A DNA stretch of 63,271 nucleotides, the filler included, from Porpidia crustulata (Eukaryota), in assembly GCA_964255105.1 (NCBI GenBank). It is 9 parts of 9 records of this genome, joined end to end, with 100 filler letters (N's around TTAATTAATTAA, not from the genome) between each part and the next. Parts side by side here need not be neighbours in the genome. Positions count along the whole stretch, not along the records: positions 42,282 to 49,222 come from CAXUWE010001424.1; positions 49,323 to 56,249 come from CAXUWE010001425.1; positions 56,350 to 63,271 come from CAXUWE010001426.1; 6 more parts are not named here. One strand, 5' to 3'. Of the stretch, positions 49,060-62,222 are shown piece after piece. The notes beneath the pieces are model-generated. The model searched no databases. It worked only from the letters and a program-made list of their open reading frames with translations, and was not told where the DNA came from. The stretch's first letter is position 1. The number at the start of each line of letters is the position of its first letter. The position numbers were made by a program, and so were the translations under genes.

Positions 49060-49222
49060 TACATATCGCGCTCTCCCTTCGCTTCCCTCGCACGGGAATC
49101 CCGTGATCCACTCCGAAAGAGTACCGAATCCCTGATATCTCAAGATGCGTGCGATCATAGACACAGTATATCTTCCGCTCACAACATTCATCCAGCCGGA
49201 TTTCCCTCCCGTAACCGTTGCC
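49060..49222 (-). CDS. Probable 3' exons of an unidentified gene entering from the contig edge
   Basis: ATVTGGKSGWMNV | GTGAGC...CAG | GFGTLSEWITGFPCEGSEGRARY followed by GTACGA. Convergent on the STB-like gene. Product not recognised. Confidence 0.35.
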
Positions 49223-49322
49223 NNNNNNNNNNNNNNNNNNNNNNNNNNNNNNNNNNNNNNNNNNNNTTAATTAATTAANNNNNNNNNNNNNNNNNNNNNN
49301 NNNNNNNNNNNNNNNNNNNNNN
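49223..49322. other. Artificial contig spacer
   Basis: 44 N + TTAATTAATTAA + 44 N. Confidence 0.99.
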
Positions 49323-50175
49323 GTTTTGGATATCGGTCATCCCATATGTAAAAGGGAGTTTCAACTTTTTCGCAACAGCTGAAAACGCCTTGGTTCAACA
49401 ATGTTCATGCGGTACAATCGTTCATATTCCTCGAGATCTCGACGGTCTGGTTGAGAGGTTTGCTTTGCGACGGCGAGAAGAAGGAGGTTGAGGATGTATG
49501 AAGCAGAGGGTTTTAGGGATCATGTAAGTGATGGGGAGAGTCGTGGAGTTTTGGAGGGAGAGGTTTGTAGTGGGAGGATGGATGTGTTAGAGCGAAGGGG
49601 TATTGTGGCATCGTAAAAAGGGGGGGGTTCATCGTGAGTTTTCCGATAGAAGGATCGTCATCTGTGGATTTATATATCGACGGCTATTGTGGATCAGATG
49701 AATAGATTTCGGGACAGGAAGTCGGGATATAGAGTTAACGATGATGACGATGCAGAAAGTATAGATAATAATGACGAAAAGCTGACAATATCCGTTCTTG
49801 GCGCTTTGAGCGTCATGCGTGAGCGTCCTACATTGTCCAACGTTTTGTCCCAAGATTAAACGGAGGAAATGTTGGCTAAGTATCTGGTGCTACGCAAAGA
49901 CCTGTCAGATGCGCTGTCGAATCTCGAGAAATTGCTTAACTGGATTCGACTTCCTCGGACCCAGCCATAAGGTCATTTCGTTACTACTTCAAGCCTGGAA
50001 GTTCTTTATTATCCCGTACTCACCATAAACTCAAGTTCGTGGCGGGGCCGTATCCCCAAGTAGTTCTAAGACATATTTTTTGAAAGCGTCGTACGCTTCG
50101 GTCCAACCTCTTCAAACATGTCCTGACATTTCTTTTGCTCGTGTATGCGCGGGCTCATACTCGTATGTTCGATTG

Positions 50176-51137
50176 CTAATTCGACCTATATGGCTCCTTC
50201 GAAATCTCCACAGTGAACAACACCATCTCCGTCGTCTTCACATAAACAGATTCGCTCCTGATATGATTACTTGTACTAACTTGATGCCCGAAGGCAGTTC
50301 GCCAGTCCGTCACATCCCACTCCAGACCTTTTGTCGTGATGGTCGCAGGCTTTCCGAGCGGGATAATGCCAACGCTCTCGCCCAGGGCTCCGGGACCCAG
50401 TGGCGTCCGTATCTTGTTCTCACCTTTGTGTAAGCAAAAGATAATGCTCTCTGACGTGATCAAATACAAAGAACGAATGACCCGCGACATAGGTGACAGA
50501 ACTTTTGGGCGCTCCCTGCTCTGGACTGCCAATAGCTGGTGCAAGATAGAAAAGGCTTGATCGGCTCGACCGCCTAGGCCGCCGAAGATGGCTACATCAC
50601 GATATCCAACAACCTCGGGATCTTTCATTATCTGCATGATCGTGGACTTCTTAACGAGGTCTAAGCATTTCATAAGGTCTGTTTTGTCCTGATCCGGTAC
50701 TTTGATAACCTCACTTCCTTGTCCGCTATAGTGGCTCAAGACTTCAGCCATTACAGAATCCAAGTCTCCGCAGATAGCAGCAGGATGCTTGATAGTATCA
50801 GCATTCAGCAGATAGGAACTAGCACTTCTGAATAGCGAACACAAAGTCGTTCCTCTTCCCCTTCGAGTCCGAGGTCAAATAGGCGATTTGCTCCTCCATC
50901 AGCACAGTATACTGCTTCAGCTGCGTGATTCGCTCATCAGCCATTGACAACCTATATTTGCTTTCTTTCTTTAATTTCACCTCTATTGCATACGTCGATT
51001 AAAAGAGCTTTATTATCAATTGGTTGGTTGAGTATGATCACAGAGAAGGGCACCTCATTGTCTGCTGAGGTATAACCAAATGTGTATCGGGCTGGGTCAT
51101 GAGATTGAGGATCACAAACAACTTTTTCGGAGTCCAT
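50176..51137 (-). CDS. THI80: Thiamine pyrophosphokinase
   Basis: Motifs VIILNQPI, YCADGGANRLFD, ICGDLDSV, DQDKTDLMKCL, GGLGGRADQ, ITTKGLEWDV and FGHQVSTSNHI. Two introns (50921-50980 and ~50789-50842). Confidence 0.93.
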
Positions 51138-51409
51138 CGATAACACGACTTAGCGACTTGCTGGCAATTGAGGAATTCGACATCTTGCGAGCACTTATTT
51201 TTAGCACCTCAGATGCGGAATTGATCCGTACTTTTCAGAACGATTCTCCTCTGTAGCCAGACTGCCAGATAGTTACCTACTTTCATACAATAAACGTGGT
51301 CTTGTACCAGCGTAATGTAAACTCATATGTCTTCTAGGGAGAAAACTTTGTGGCTATCATCAGCGTTCGGACGTTACCTAAATGTTTCTACCAGCTCGCT
51401 GTGCTCTTG

Positions 51410-52245
51410 CTAATGGGACCTCATCATGTTTGCCAGAAACTCAAAGGTACCCCTACGCTTGTCCACGATATCCATGAACTTCTCCTCAGGTCCGATGCTA
51501 CCAATGATGACCTGGTCTTTCCCACTAGCCAAGCCCTCATACGCTTTGTCACAGAATTCGTCAAGCGGCATACCCAGGGCCCGTCCCTTTTCCTGCCCCA
51601 TGTAATCGTGCAGCTCTGTCTGCACAGGTGGTGGAGAGACTTCGAGGACCTTGGTTTTCGATCCAGCATTAGCAAGCTGCTCGCGGAGGCATAAAGTGAA
51701 GCAATTGAGGGCAGCTTTCGAAGCAGAATATGCCGGCATGTTCCAGGCTGGGACAATGGCGAGATTGGACCCAGTGCTGCGATTGTTAATGAAACTTCCA
51801 AGGTGGGGCTATGGAATTTTGTCACTCACAAAACGATACTCGTTGGGTACGGCTTTGACTGAAGGAAGGGTAGGAAAATGGTCGTGAGATTGACGAAGCT
51901 GGTGAAATTGACGCTCATCTCTTCATGGAAAGCTGCGAGATTGACCTGATCAGGCTGGGAGAAGTCATACATGCCCTGGATCCCTGCGTTGAGAAAGACG
52001 CAGTCGATATCAGGGTTCTTGCTAGTAACGGTCTGCACAAATTTGTTTAGTTCTTGGTTGTCGTTGATGTCGTATGCGAAGCCGTCAGCTTTGCACCCGT
52101 ACTTGCGGACAAAGGCATCAACCCTATCCTGTCTACGACCGACAGCGATGACTTTGGAGCCCTCACGGATGAGTTTCTCGGCCATACCTAGGCCAATGCC
52201 AGAGGTAGCCCCAACCATGAGGATGCATTTGTAGGAGAATGACAT
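51410..52245 (-). CDS. Short-chain dehydrogenase/reductase (DltE-like classical SDR)
   Basis: MSFSYKCILMVGATSGIG (GxxxGxG), VFLNAGIQ, intron 51777-51829, catalytic YSASK, PPPVQTELH. Confidence 0.92.
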
Positions 52246-53172
52246 GGTGGTATGCTGTAGAATGGAAAGCAGGGTCAATGTAGCCGGTATGAGAGGTCAA
52301 AGAAAGTTGTAGAGTGGAAGTAGAAGAGCTTCGGATTGATAGACTTGCCAATCGAGGGAACTGCAATGAAGCAGCTTTGTACTGCGCCAGGAAACATTAT
52401 TGTTTCACATGACCCAGTAAAGCATCGGCTTGTGGGAGCTTCACATCTACCCATGATGTTGTGATGGTAGAGACAGAGGATACCAATGGCTCTGAGCACA
52501 CCACTAAATCCCTCCAAGCATGCCATTTGGAGTATAGTCTTGCGGTAAGCTCATGCAACAGTCTCTACCTACCTTAGCCTTGCCTTATCATTTCTGCACC
52601 TCCAAGCATACCCAAATTGGAAAGCGTGGTCAAACATAAGCTACCCCAAATCAGGCAAAGATCCCGCCGCCCTGTGATTCCCCCTCCGAGCATACCTATT
52701 TAGACGTAGCGCAGGTGTAGGCCGGCCTGAGATTCGAGCACGCCGCCCTGGGTCCTTGAAGTAACCAAAAAGCGGCCGCCACCACGTTATGTTTGTCCCG
52801 GCTTGCCTTTCATTATCATTGTCCTAGGATCACGAGCAGTCTACCTTAACGAGTGTTACGTTATGATACCGGATCCGACGCAGTCGCTCCTTTGGATGCC
52901 GCTACGTAAACCTTCTTCCTGGGAAAGAGATTACGTCAACGAGCGAAAAGCTTCACATTCTCTTGAGAAAGTAAGACTTATCCCACCCTGACCAAAAAGC
53001 TTTCGCGGTCAATTATCATGGCTTTTCTTCCTTCTTATTCCTAACTTCTTGGTCCTGTTGCCCGTCACCCGGTCTAGCGATCCGCTGATCTCGTCAATTG
53101 CGCGGCTTTCCTTAATCTCATCATAGATTCGGTCTTGTAAAGTTGTAAATTCAGTAAAGGGCATCTCCATGT

Positions 53173-54690
53173 ATGGCCTACCGTGGGAAGCTGTCGAAAG
53201 CGTGTCTACCGTGCAGGAAGCGAAAGCTACGCTGCGACTTGCACGAGCATGGCTGTACCCAGTGTGCTCGGGCAAAGCTCACTTGTTCGGGTTACCGCGA
53301 CACCAAAGCTCTTAGGCTTCGAGACGAGACCAGTATCACCAGGAAAAGGGTCGATGCCCGGCAGTCAATCAAAGCAATACCCCGGTCCATTTCTGTGCCC
53401 ATCTGCAGTCAAGCAAAGGACATCTTTTACTACAATTACGTTGTTGGCGCCAACAAGCCCTTCAGCTTCCTGCGGGCAATCTTCTTACCTACTTCCAATG
53501 TTGAGTACCTTGATAGGAGCGTCAACGCCGTCGCCCTGGCCTACTTGAACTATCAGCGTCATTCACCTAGCGCCGAGGAAGAAGCTAGGAAGCAGTATGT
53601 CTCGGCTTTGGGTTTAGTTGGTGCTGCCGTACGAACCTCAGATCAGGCAAAGCAAGATTCTACTATTCTTGGAATATTGTTACTTGATCTGTATGAGAAG
53701 ATCACCACCATAGAGCCATCGTTTGATGGGGCCTGGGCAGCGCATTTGAGCGGCGCCTTGGCTTTGGTCAAGCTTCGTGACAACCGGCAGTTTGAAGAGC
53801 CCAATGTCATCGCCATGTTGATGCGCTTAAGCACAAATCTGCTCATCAGCTGTGTGGTGGCAAGCGACAGGCCTCTATGCGCTGACGCCGTCATCCTTCG
53901 CTCTAATATCGCAGCATACTCTCCAGGATCAATTGATCCGAAATGGCGGGAATCAGACCTCATTATTGAGTTTGCTCGTCTGCGCCAAGAAATTAAGGAA
54001 GGTACCGTCCCAGATGACGAGGCTATATCTTGTCTGATCAATCTCGACTTCAAGTTTGTGAAGCTCTCCATGGAGGTCCCTACATCGTGGCAGTACATGA
54101 CGATAAGTGTGACAAGAAGGACAAAGCATCATTACAATCTGTTCCATCACATACACCCAGCTGAGCACATCGCACAGATGTGGAATACCCATCGACTGAC
54201 CAGACTCTCGATCAATGAATTGATTTGCGCTCGCTCTCTGGACAGTCGTAGAGAGCTAAACAGAAGTCGTGAGGATACTACTTTACAGCAACGTGCTACA
54301 AGGATAATTGAAGATATGTCGTCTGATATTTGCGCTTCGGTACCACAGTACATCCAAAATACTTTCGGGCCCCTTTTCCCAAATTCATTAGAACATTCCG
54401 AGCGCTTAGGCAAGTCCTCTGATATCGACAACAATTCTCTGTCCATTGCGCGTTGCAACCCGACTCATCATGTTCCGTGCTATCGGCTTATATTTCCACT
54501 GTATGTCGTTGCGCAGTCAACTGTGACTCCAATTTCCCTGAAGCGATGGGTTATCGAACAACTACATTTTATGGCGGATTACCACGCCATAAGAAATGCG
54601 GCAGCAATTGCCAATGTCATAGAGTCAGGTGAACCAAAGCACATCTGGCAGGTGTACGCAATGCTTGGAAGCTACGCTTTCGTGTGTTAA
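53173..54690 (+). CDS. Zn2Cys6 transcription factor
   Basis: Intronless 505-aa ORF. MAYRGKLSKACLPCRKRKLRCDLHEHGCTQCARAKLTCSGYRD, middle region ILLLDLYEKI..WAAHLSGALALVKLR, and C-terminal ICASVPQY..LIFPLYV. Confidence 0.92.
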   Translation: MAYRGKLSKACLPCRKRKLRCDLHEHGCTQCARAKLTCSGYRDTKALRLRDETSITRKRVDARQSIKAIPRSISVPICSQAKDIFYYNYVVGANKPFSFLRAIFLPTSNVEYLDRSVNAVALAYLNYQRHSPSAEEEARKQYVSALGLVGAAVRTSDQAKQDSTILGILLLDLYEKITTIEPSFDGAWAAHLSGALALVKLRDNRQFEEPNVIAMLMRLSTNLLISCVVASDRPLCADAVILRSNIAAYSPGSIDPKWRESDLIIEFARLRQEIKEGTVPDDEAISCLINLDFKFVKLSMEVPTSWQYMTISVTRRTKHHYNLFHHIHPAEHIAQMWNTHRLTRLSINELICARSLDSRRELNRSREDTTLQQRATRIIEDMSSDICASVPQYIQNTFGPLFPNSLEHSERLGKSSDIDNNSLSIARCNPTHHVPCYRLIFPLYVVAQSTVTPISLKRWVIEQLHFMADYHAIRNAAAIANVIESGEPKHIWQVYAMLGSYAFVC

Positions 54691-54888
54691 TGCTATCCGA
54701 GCCTCTGTGCTCACTCTTAAACTTTGCTGTTTAACATCCTGACCGTCTGGTTTCTTTGCGCAGAGTTCGAACAACGCTCCATGGAGTTCATGTACGCATA
54801 CAAGGCCTTCCTTGGGTTGGATGTTACGAAGACCATTCGATCTCCAATCTGTGATCCTTGATTTGTACATTAAAATACTCTTCAAGCT

Positions 54889-55621
54889 CTATAGTCTCTG
54901 TGCATGTCCGCGCGCCTTCGAGCACACCACTTTCGACGACTGCCTTGGTAGCCACAAAGAGCATGTGTGTGGCAAAGTTTTTCGCTTGCATGCCCTCGAG
55001 CCAGTACTAAATGGGATCACATCTCGTTCCATCTTCTTTTTCTGCGCTTCAGACCCAATCTGGCTAGCATTATCGTCATGAAGCCATCTACCTATCTGGG
55101 TGGGTTTTAAACGGGTTGGGGAATATCTCAGAATTGTGATGCAACACATACGGAGCCATTACAACGTCTGTCCTGCCGGGAATGTAGGTTCCGTCTAGTT
55201 CGAAGCCTCCAGGTGGCATGACCCTAGAGAAGCGCGCTGGGTTGGCCATTCCCAACCGTAAACCCCTCTCGTACTGTAGCACGCAGGTATGGTAGATTCA
55301 GTAGATCCGCTGTTGGTTCTTTCTCATTTACGCTGAGCTGCTGCCTTAGGCGTTTGTGAATATCCGGGTGCTTCGCTAGAATATGATGGTCACAAATTTC
55401 ACAGCTGCGGAGTCGGTGCCAGCGAACATAGCGGCCATGCATTGAACAATAGTTTCGGGGTTGGAAATGCTGGCTGCCACCAGCCGCGACTGGTATGTGT
55501 CATCCTTCTCAGAGTTGACGTCGTTGGTGATGCAGGTAGCGAAATCATGGATACGGGCTAAAGACTCCTTGAACTCAGTGTTTGGGAAAAGCCAATGGAG
55601 CATGAAATGAAAAGCGCGCAA
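54889..55621 (-). pseudogene. Cytochrome P450 remnant (C-terminal half, frameshifted)
   Basis: The I-helix AMFAGTDS, K-helix LPYLRATVREG/LRL, VLHHNSEIFPNP..HPDR and heme motif IPFSTGSRAC fall in four separate ORF fragments. No N-terminal half is recognisable. Confidence 0.85.
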
Positions 55622-56249
55622 AGAGCATGTAGGTAGACAGATGTATCTATGTCCGGAATACTCATTTCATCAGTGATTCATTTTACACGTAAGGAAATCA
55701 GCTTGCAAGCAATAGAACGAAGGTTTCTTGATCTCAAGAAATGCAACAGACGAGATTCACATTAGGAGATAGAATTGTGCAGCATTGATAGGTCAGATCC
55801 AAGCCATGAACGGCAGTGTAAGAACAAACAAATGGATAGCTAGCAGTGATCTGTTGTTCTCTGAACGAGAGTTCGTCTCGTGATCTCGAAGAAATTCTGA
55901 TCAGCGGCTCAAATGAATCAGAGAATTCGATGAACCACGGTCGGCATGTCACGTCAGAATTAATCTTCTACAACCCTCGGGACAGTTGACCACTCTCCAA
56001 GCTGCTGGAAGTACGATGTTCGAATACGTAAATTAGAGACGCGCCGACGTCACCACATCGAAAAATACGTGGGAAATTACGCTGACAAACATCATCCCAA
56101 AACTCACACCCTCTCGACCACCTAAAGAGATAGTCACTCAATAGCTCTCCCTCCCCCAGTCATTACATCTCCCAACTCCCGCCATGATTAGATCAGCGCC
56201 CCAGACACTCGTCCGCCACACAATACCATCCTTCCGCGCCGCCCGCCCC

Positions 56250-56349
56250 NNNNNNNNNNNNNNNNNNNNNNNNNNNNNNNNNNNNNNNNNNNNTTAATTA
56301 ATTAANNNNNNNNNNNNNNNNNNNNNNNNNNNNNNNNNNNNNNNNNNNN
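56250..56349. other. Artificial contig spacer
   Basis: 44 N + TTAATTAATTAA + 44 N. Confidence 0.99.
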
Positions 56350-57194
56350 TCCGCGAGGTCTTGGAGGCGGGCGCGGGTTTCGTCGAGGCGGGCACGGGCA
56401 ACGACGTCGATCGTGTCCTCGCTGCCGGTCGCCGGCGGGGTTTTGCAAAGCTCCACATAAGTGCGGGCGACATCGATGGCCTTACGGTAGGTTTCCCGCT
56501 GCATGGGGTTCAGATAGGGAGGATCTTCCGGATTAGCGGCAGCGACGAGGACGACGGTACGCGCGGCTTCGAACGTCACGACGAGGCTGTCGTTCATGTC
56601 GTGCCGGAACTTGTTCCAGAGGTAAGTCCAGAACTCGGCGCGGCGGCGGAGGTCCGCGGCTTCGTCGAGGAACTCGAGGCCCATGTCTGCGTAGTCGCTG
56701 GCTCGCTGACTCGTGTCGTACTCGCCTTGCGGGATCAGGATGCGAGCTTCGCGGGCGAATTCGCGGGTGCGTTCTGTCGATCCGGCGCGGTATTTGGTCG
56801 CGAGGTGGGAGAAGTAGTCGGCTCGGCGTGTGACCCGCTTCGTGGTCTCTCGGAGCCTTTCCGCATGAAAGGCGGCGGAAGAGTGGACGATCTTGGCGGT
56901 TGCGATTTCCTCGAACGCGGTGCGGAGGAAGCGTCCGGCGTCCTCGGGGGTGTGCCGAGCTGCCGTTGCTTTGAGAGCGGGCGCGACTGCGAGACGGGCT
57001 TCTTCCTCAACACGAGGTAGGTCCCTGAAGGCATCCATGGCCGCGTCTCTGAGACGGCGGGCGTACGTTGCCGCTCTGAGTGCTTCGATTTCTTGCTTTC
57101 TAGCGGCGAAGCCAGCGGTTTCTGCTTCTTGTTTAGTAGCGCGAACCTCCATTCGCTTTCGGAGGCAATCATACTGCTTGACCAATGGCGTCAT
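56350..57194 (-). CDS. Ala/Arg/Glu-rich predicted helical protein of unknown function, cut by the contig edge
   Basis: ATG 57194, more than 280 uninterrupted codons with GC-rich third positions. No recognisable family motif. Confidence 0.6.
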
Positions 57195-57989
57195 ATTGTG
57201 ATGTTGTCGACTCTAGTGGTCTGCTCGGTTTTCGTGAGTCTGGGAGGTAATCGAGCAGGGTAGGTGGATGTAGAAGCTTTAGGGCGCACACACAAGAATG
57301 AAGCGCTTTTATTTAAAGAATGAGTATGTAGGTCAACATTTCTGCGAGTATAAGAATAATGACATTGTTCTATAGTCTTTGTCTTCCGCCGCCCGTTCTT
57401 TGATATTTGAGATGCAGGTCTTCAGAACTCAATCTGAGACATTGCCACTGTGTGAAAAGAAAGTAAAACCTCCAGACAACGACAATAGATTGGACGTTGG
57501 GATTGATTTGAAAAATATTAGTAGATATCTCGTGATGACTTAGAAGTCGTAGGAATGTGAATATCACCTATTCTAGATCAGGAATAAAGAAAGAAAGGAC
57601 TAAATAGTAGTCTAGAAACACGGCGTTCCAACCAACACAGATTCCATGCATTGGGCGATTCACAACTGATTTGAAGCAACAAGACGTTGGCCAACGGTTC
57701 CATGCCTTCCCATACGTGAATGAAACATCTTCAACCCCTTATTAACTGCACTCGCCTTCTGAAATAGCATAGGAGTGACCACCTACATCTGGCGAACGAA
57801 CTCACATTTACCCCGATGTTCATCGTTGGCAACAACACTTCTGGGCGATAGTGAAGTCCCTCTGTCCGAGAGAGAGAAGGTGGCGAAAGCTTTGACTCCA
57901 TCACTTAAAAGTGTTGTCTTCCGTAGATCCCTAATTCTCACGTGTACAAATGAGAGCACTTCCGCAGGTGTAGAAATCAACATTTAGAA

Positions 57990-59126
57990 ATGAAATCAGA
58001 CGACCTCAACATCTTCCCACATGAGGAGCGTCGGCTGAACATATTCGGCAACGATGTCACAGGCAACAGAGACGTAATCATCTTAAATAGTAGAATTCCC
58101 CGCCATCTCATGGCTCACCACGAGATTCCGGCGCGGCTGAAGGAGATGATTGGAATATACTATCAATCCAACACATTCTTCCTCGGACTCGGCTGCATGC
58201 AAAAGTTCGAAGCTACGAGCAAGTCACGTAGGCAAGCCGTGAGATTTTCCGACCAGCCTGACTTCGATCCGGCTGCGTTGACGAATCTGAACGACTACGG
58301 TCTTTGTCACTTGAGGAAGCTGTGGGTTAATGTTCCGTAAGTTTGTTGAGATTGCGATTGAAGGACTGGAATATACTTAGAACATCAGATTGGAAGATGT
58401 ACATCACCACCGCTCTTTTGTAAACTCGGAAAAGGCACATGACCAAAAGTCTTGGACACGCCGTACGCTGGCCTATGTCAGTCGATGCAAAGTCTCTGTA
58501 CTGTGTTAATCTGCTGATCTTGGTAGGATATCCCACAAGCGTCCAATGTTTCTGATCTCACAATCGACATTAGTGACTGCCTTACCTACCGTACCGGTGA
58601 CAATCGCGATGGCTACATGATTTGGCAAGGGTTTAAATATGCCATCCCGTTCTGTATCGAAGGACTTAGGTACTTGAACAGGCTTACTCTGATCACGGAC
58701 CATCAGCCGGGTCTGATACATTGGATGAGTGCCGGACTCGGATTGGATGGATTTTTGTTAAAGACCGTCAAGATCCCGCATACAAAGTCTGACGGCCGAC
58801 AATTATGGAGGTGGGAGCATGTATATGCTGGACCCTTGAGCTGGAACCGTGTAGCGGATCTACGAGGATTGGCGTATGTGATGGTGACGAGCCCTGATAG
58901 AGAGATTATCGATTACTGGGACAAAGATGACTTGAACGACAGTGAAGTACAAGATGTTAGGGTTTCAAACCTTGAGTCGTACAACAAACGACGAGGAAGT
59001 GTATCAACAGCCCCGTCGCAAGATGCCCGAGCACTCATACGGGCCAATCGCAGCTCGATATACTCATTCGACACTCGGAATGGCATGGCAGATCCTGAAG
59101 ACAGTCCTCGGAGCAAATCAATATGA
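57990..59126 (+). pseudogene. Fragmented hypothetical gene
   Basis: Protein-like ORF pieces 57990-58340 (IYYQSNTFFLG..HLRKLWVNV, then a GTAAGT donor) and 58617-59126 are separated by a region with stops. Not assignable, and it could be an intact multi-exon gene. Confidence 0.3.
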
Positions 59127-59346
59127 TTAGTCGCTCATTTGATTCGGCCATACCAATTCCAGTCATTGACTGAACAGTTACTTTCATACCCGCTTGATGC
59201 CAGATGCAAATAAACGGTGTATATTTGGGTATCTTAGTAAACGCCCATCAAAAGCCATTTCTTTCATCAGTCAGTCTCCCATAAATCATATTTGATTTCG
59301 TGCATCCGTCGACTTTGTTCCAATGATAGATGAAATGTTGTTGATG

Positions 59347-62222
59347 TCATCCAAAGAATTCTCCTGTCACCAGCGTTTCCCATGGTCTACCAGTCTCCCA
59401 GACTTTCTCAATCAACGTCCTTGCTTTGTGTACCTAGATACATGTAAGAATCCACCAAGGCTTGTGCAATATCGTCCGAATGCATGACGGCACCCGCCCA
59501 AGGTAGAATGCGAATCAGGAATCTGATGATTGACCTACCTGTGTCATACCTGAACCCTCCACACTCTTCAGCCTTTCCATAATCCTGTCCCTCTGATCTT
59601 GCCGTTTCGCATCGCAGCCAGCAGTAAACATTGGGAAAAGTAAACAGGCCTCAGCCGTGCCTCCTTTCCTTACTTTGTACAATGCACCTTCAATCTCTCG
59701 CACCGCAATCTGCACCTCGATGTCCGAAGAGGGTTTGCCCAGTACACGCTTGTTCAGATGAATAAGACCGGCCCAATGGAAAGCTTCATTAGTAGCAACC
59801 ATTTCAAGTAAGTCCCAACCATCTTCAGTCGCATTTTTACGAGGGCGATGAGGACATCCCTTGTACCTGTGCATCCTTGCTTCCTGTAAATCGTATTTGA
59901 GCTTACCAGCCGCTTCAATGGTCTGATCTGAGGGTTCCCAGTCCTGGTGTATGTTGCCGCTGGAGTCAATTCGTTCATTGTCGCATCGTCTAGCAAGCTC
60001 GGCGATCTTCGCGAGTATGCCAACGCAACGACTCGTGAAGCCAAGGAGACAATCAATCTGAAAGTCATTATCATCATCTAATTCATCGGCCACCCAGTAG
60101 TCCCCACTAAATAATGGCTTATCATTTTTACCCCCACTGAGGCTCCCAAGGACATCTAAATAGGCGAACCATCTGCCAAGGAAATAGGAAACTTTATCTT
60201 TTCGATGCACAGACTGTGCGCCACCTCGAGCTAAAATCATACGTCGAGCAACATTCAGATGGTTCTGCCAAGGCACAGGAACGTCGAAAGTGTTCGGTGA
60301 AATTATCTCAAGAGACGCGAGCATAATGGCTGTCGCAAGATTAACATTCGATATCTGACCAGTGGGGTCACCGAGAGCGCGGCGAAGGGCCGGAAAGACG
60401 TCTTGAACCCAGAGCGCGATTCGATTAGCTGGTTCGGGTTGTTTGAGCAGGCGTGCTCGATGACTCGCGGAATATGCTAATAACAAGTGGAGAAGGTTCG
60501 TATCCCTAACCGCCACTGCAAGTCATCAGCAAAAGAGAAACACTTAGTGAAGATTTCCTTACTTTGAGGAAGGATGCTTTTGAACGGGTTTTCTGAACAA
60601 TCATGAGGAACTAGGATCCTAGCTGTGTGGTTGAGGAAATGATGAAAGTAGAGCATATTCATGGGATTATCTTGGAGCGCCGAAGGTAATGGACCTAAGG
60701 ACCTGGGGATAGTAACTATCACTGGCTTTGCATAGTAATCACCGTGACCATGGGCTGCGTGGGTGCCATAGATTCCAAACCCGAATTCAGCGGGAGCATC
60801 ATCATCACCACTTACAACGTCTTGTTCTGAGCTGTAAAGATGGACAGTGGACAACGAGGGAGTAGAGCCGTTCAGTGCAATAGAATCATTATTGTTTGGT
60901 AGATCCAAATCCGGAAACCCTCGATCAATACCATGGTTGGAAACTGGGGTACTAGCGGAGGATGCAATGTAGGGCGATGTAGGCAGGGCACTCTCAGTAC
61001 CAGAGTCAGCGGGAGAATCATCTGATAGCAGAGATTTCACGGAAAGCCGGCGAAGATCAGGTGACTCTTGGAGCATTTGGGATGAGGACTTCGAGGTGGA
61101 GCGCAGATAGTTCTCATCAGACGCAACAGATGATGCTGCTGGAGTCAAGGGAATGCCCATGCTACTGTTATATGGATTTTGGTGAACAGACTGCCCGGTA
61201 TTGGTTGCATTGTGTGGTATTGCAGACCTGAGGGCTCCTCCGGCGTTGTAGACACCATATGGTCCAACTTGGTTGCATTGCAGACCATCATTTGCATCTG
61301 TCGTAGGACTGAGTCGCAGTCTTTTAGATCTATGGGCCGTATGCAAAGGAACGTCATCCTGGCCTTTACGGGAATTGTTTGAGACTGATCGAGGAGAAAA
61401 AGAGCTCTGAAAGGGAGGTGGCATTTGAGGGTCTGGTAAAGATGAATGACCTCCAACAGGTAAGCTCATAGTGCTCAGATAGTTTGGTGGGCTTTCCGCG
61501 TTAGAGTCTGCTGGGGAAGGGTACGATAGAGGACGACCTTGGTCTCTTATCCTAGACAACTGTACTGCTGAAAAATGATCTCTAGGCCCTCGGCCATCTT
61601 GGCCGATGTTGTTATTTACAAAATTCAAAGGCTCTAGCTGGCCAGCCATTCCGCTACTCTGCATACGCCCAAGCGTTGGATCGAATGTGGACACTGGCAA
61701 ATGAGGAGTTGCGATTTCCTCCGCGTGCAACGAAGCATTCTTCACGAAGGTATTTGGGTGAGAAGGTTGGGCGTCCATGCTTGCTGGTAGTAGATGAGGC
61801 CTCCCGCGTGCCCTGCGTGATTGAAGAGAACCCTGAGATTCCGGAGAACCGGCAGCCGTTGGTGAAGTCTCGAAGTCCGAGCCTCTTGAGACTTGAGGGC
61901 TATCAAGATCACTGTCCCCAACAGGACTAACAGTATTCTGATGTTGAGGAAAGCTGGAGGTTTGTAAGATAATATCACCACCTTTTCTTTTCGTCCGACC
62001 TTCCCAATTCAACCGAATACTGTAATCACAGGTTTCGCCTTGCCGCTCGCAATTTTGGCATTTGGGCTTCTCTTCTCCGCATTTGATCTTCCTAGCTTTA
62101 CAAGGCCTATGATATGTCACTAAGATCTCACTGAAAGTATTGCGCCAAGGAGTGACATACCAGCATCCATTGCGACTTCGTGTCTTGGGCTCTGGCGCCC
62201 CGGCTTTTTTAGGTCGAGGCAT
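59347..62222 (-). CDS. Zn2Cys6 transcription factor with C-terminal fungal-specific (DUF3468-type) domain
   Basis: RSRNGCW|PCKARKIKCGEEKPKCQNCERQGETCDY and YFHHFLNHTARILVPHDCSENPFKSILPQM..LLAYSASH..CLLFPMFTAGC. Introns 62107-62160, 60516-60562 and 59434-59538. Ends GEFFG* at 59347. Confidence 0.93.

Noticed and set aside
6956..56349. Regularly spaced TTAATTAATTAA palindrome about every 7 kb, resembling a repeat array
   Set aside because: It is always centred in exactly 88 N and is a synthetic six-frame-stop linker, not biology.
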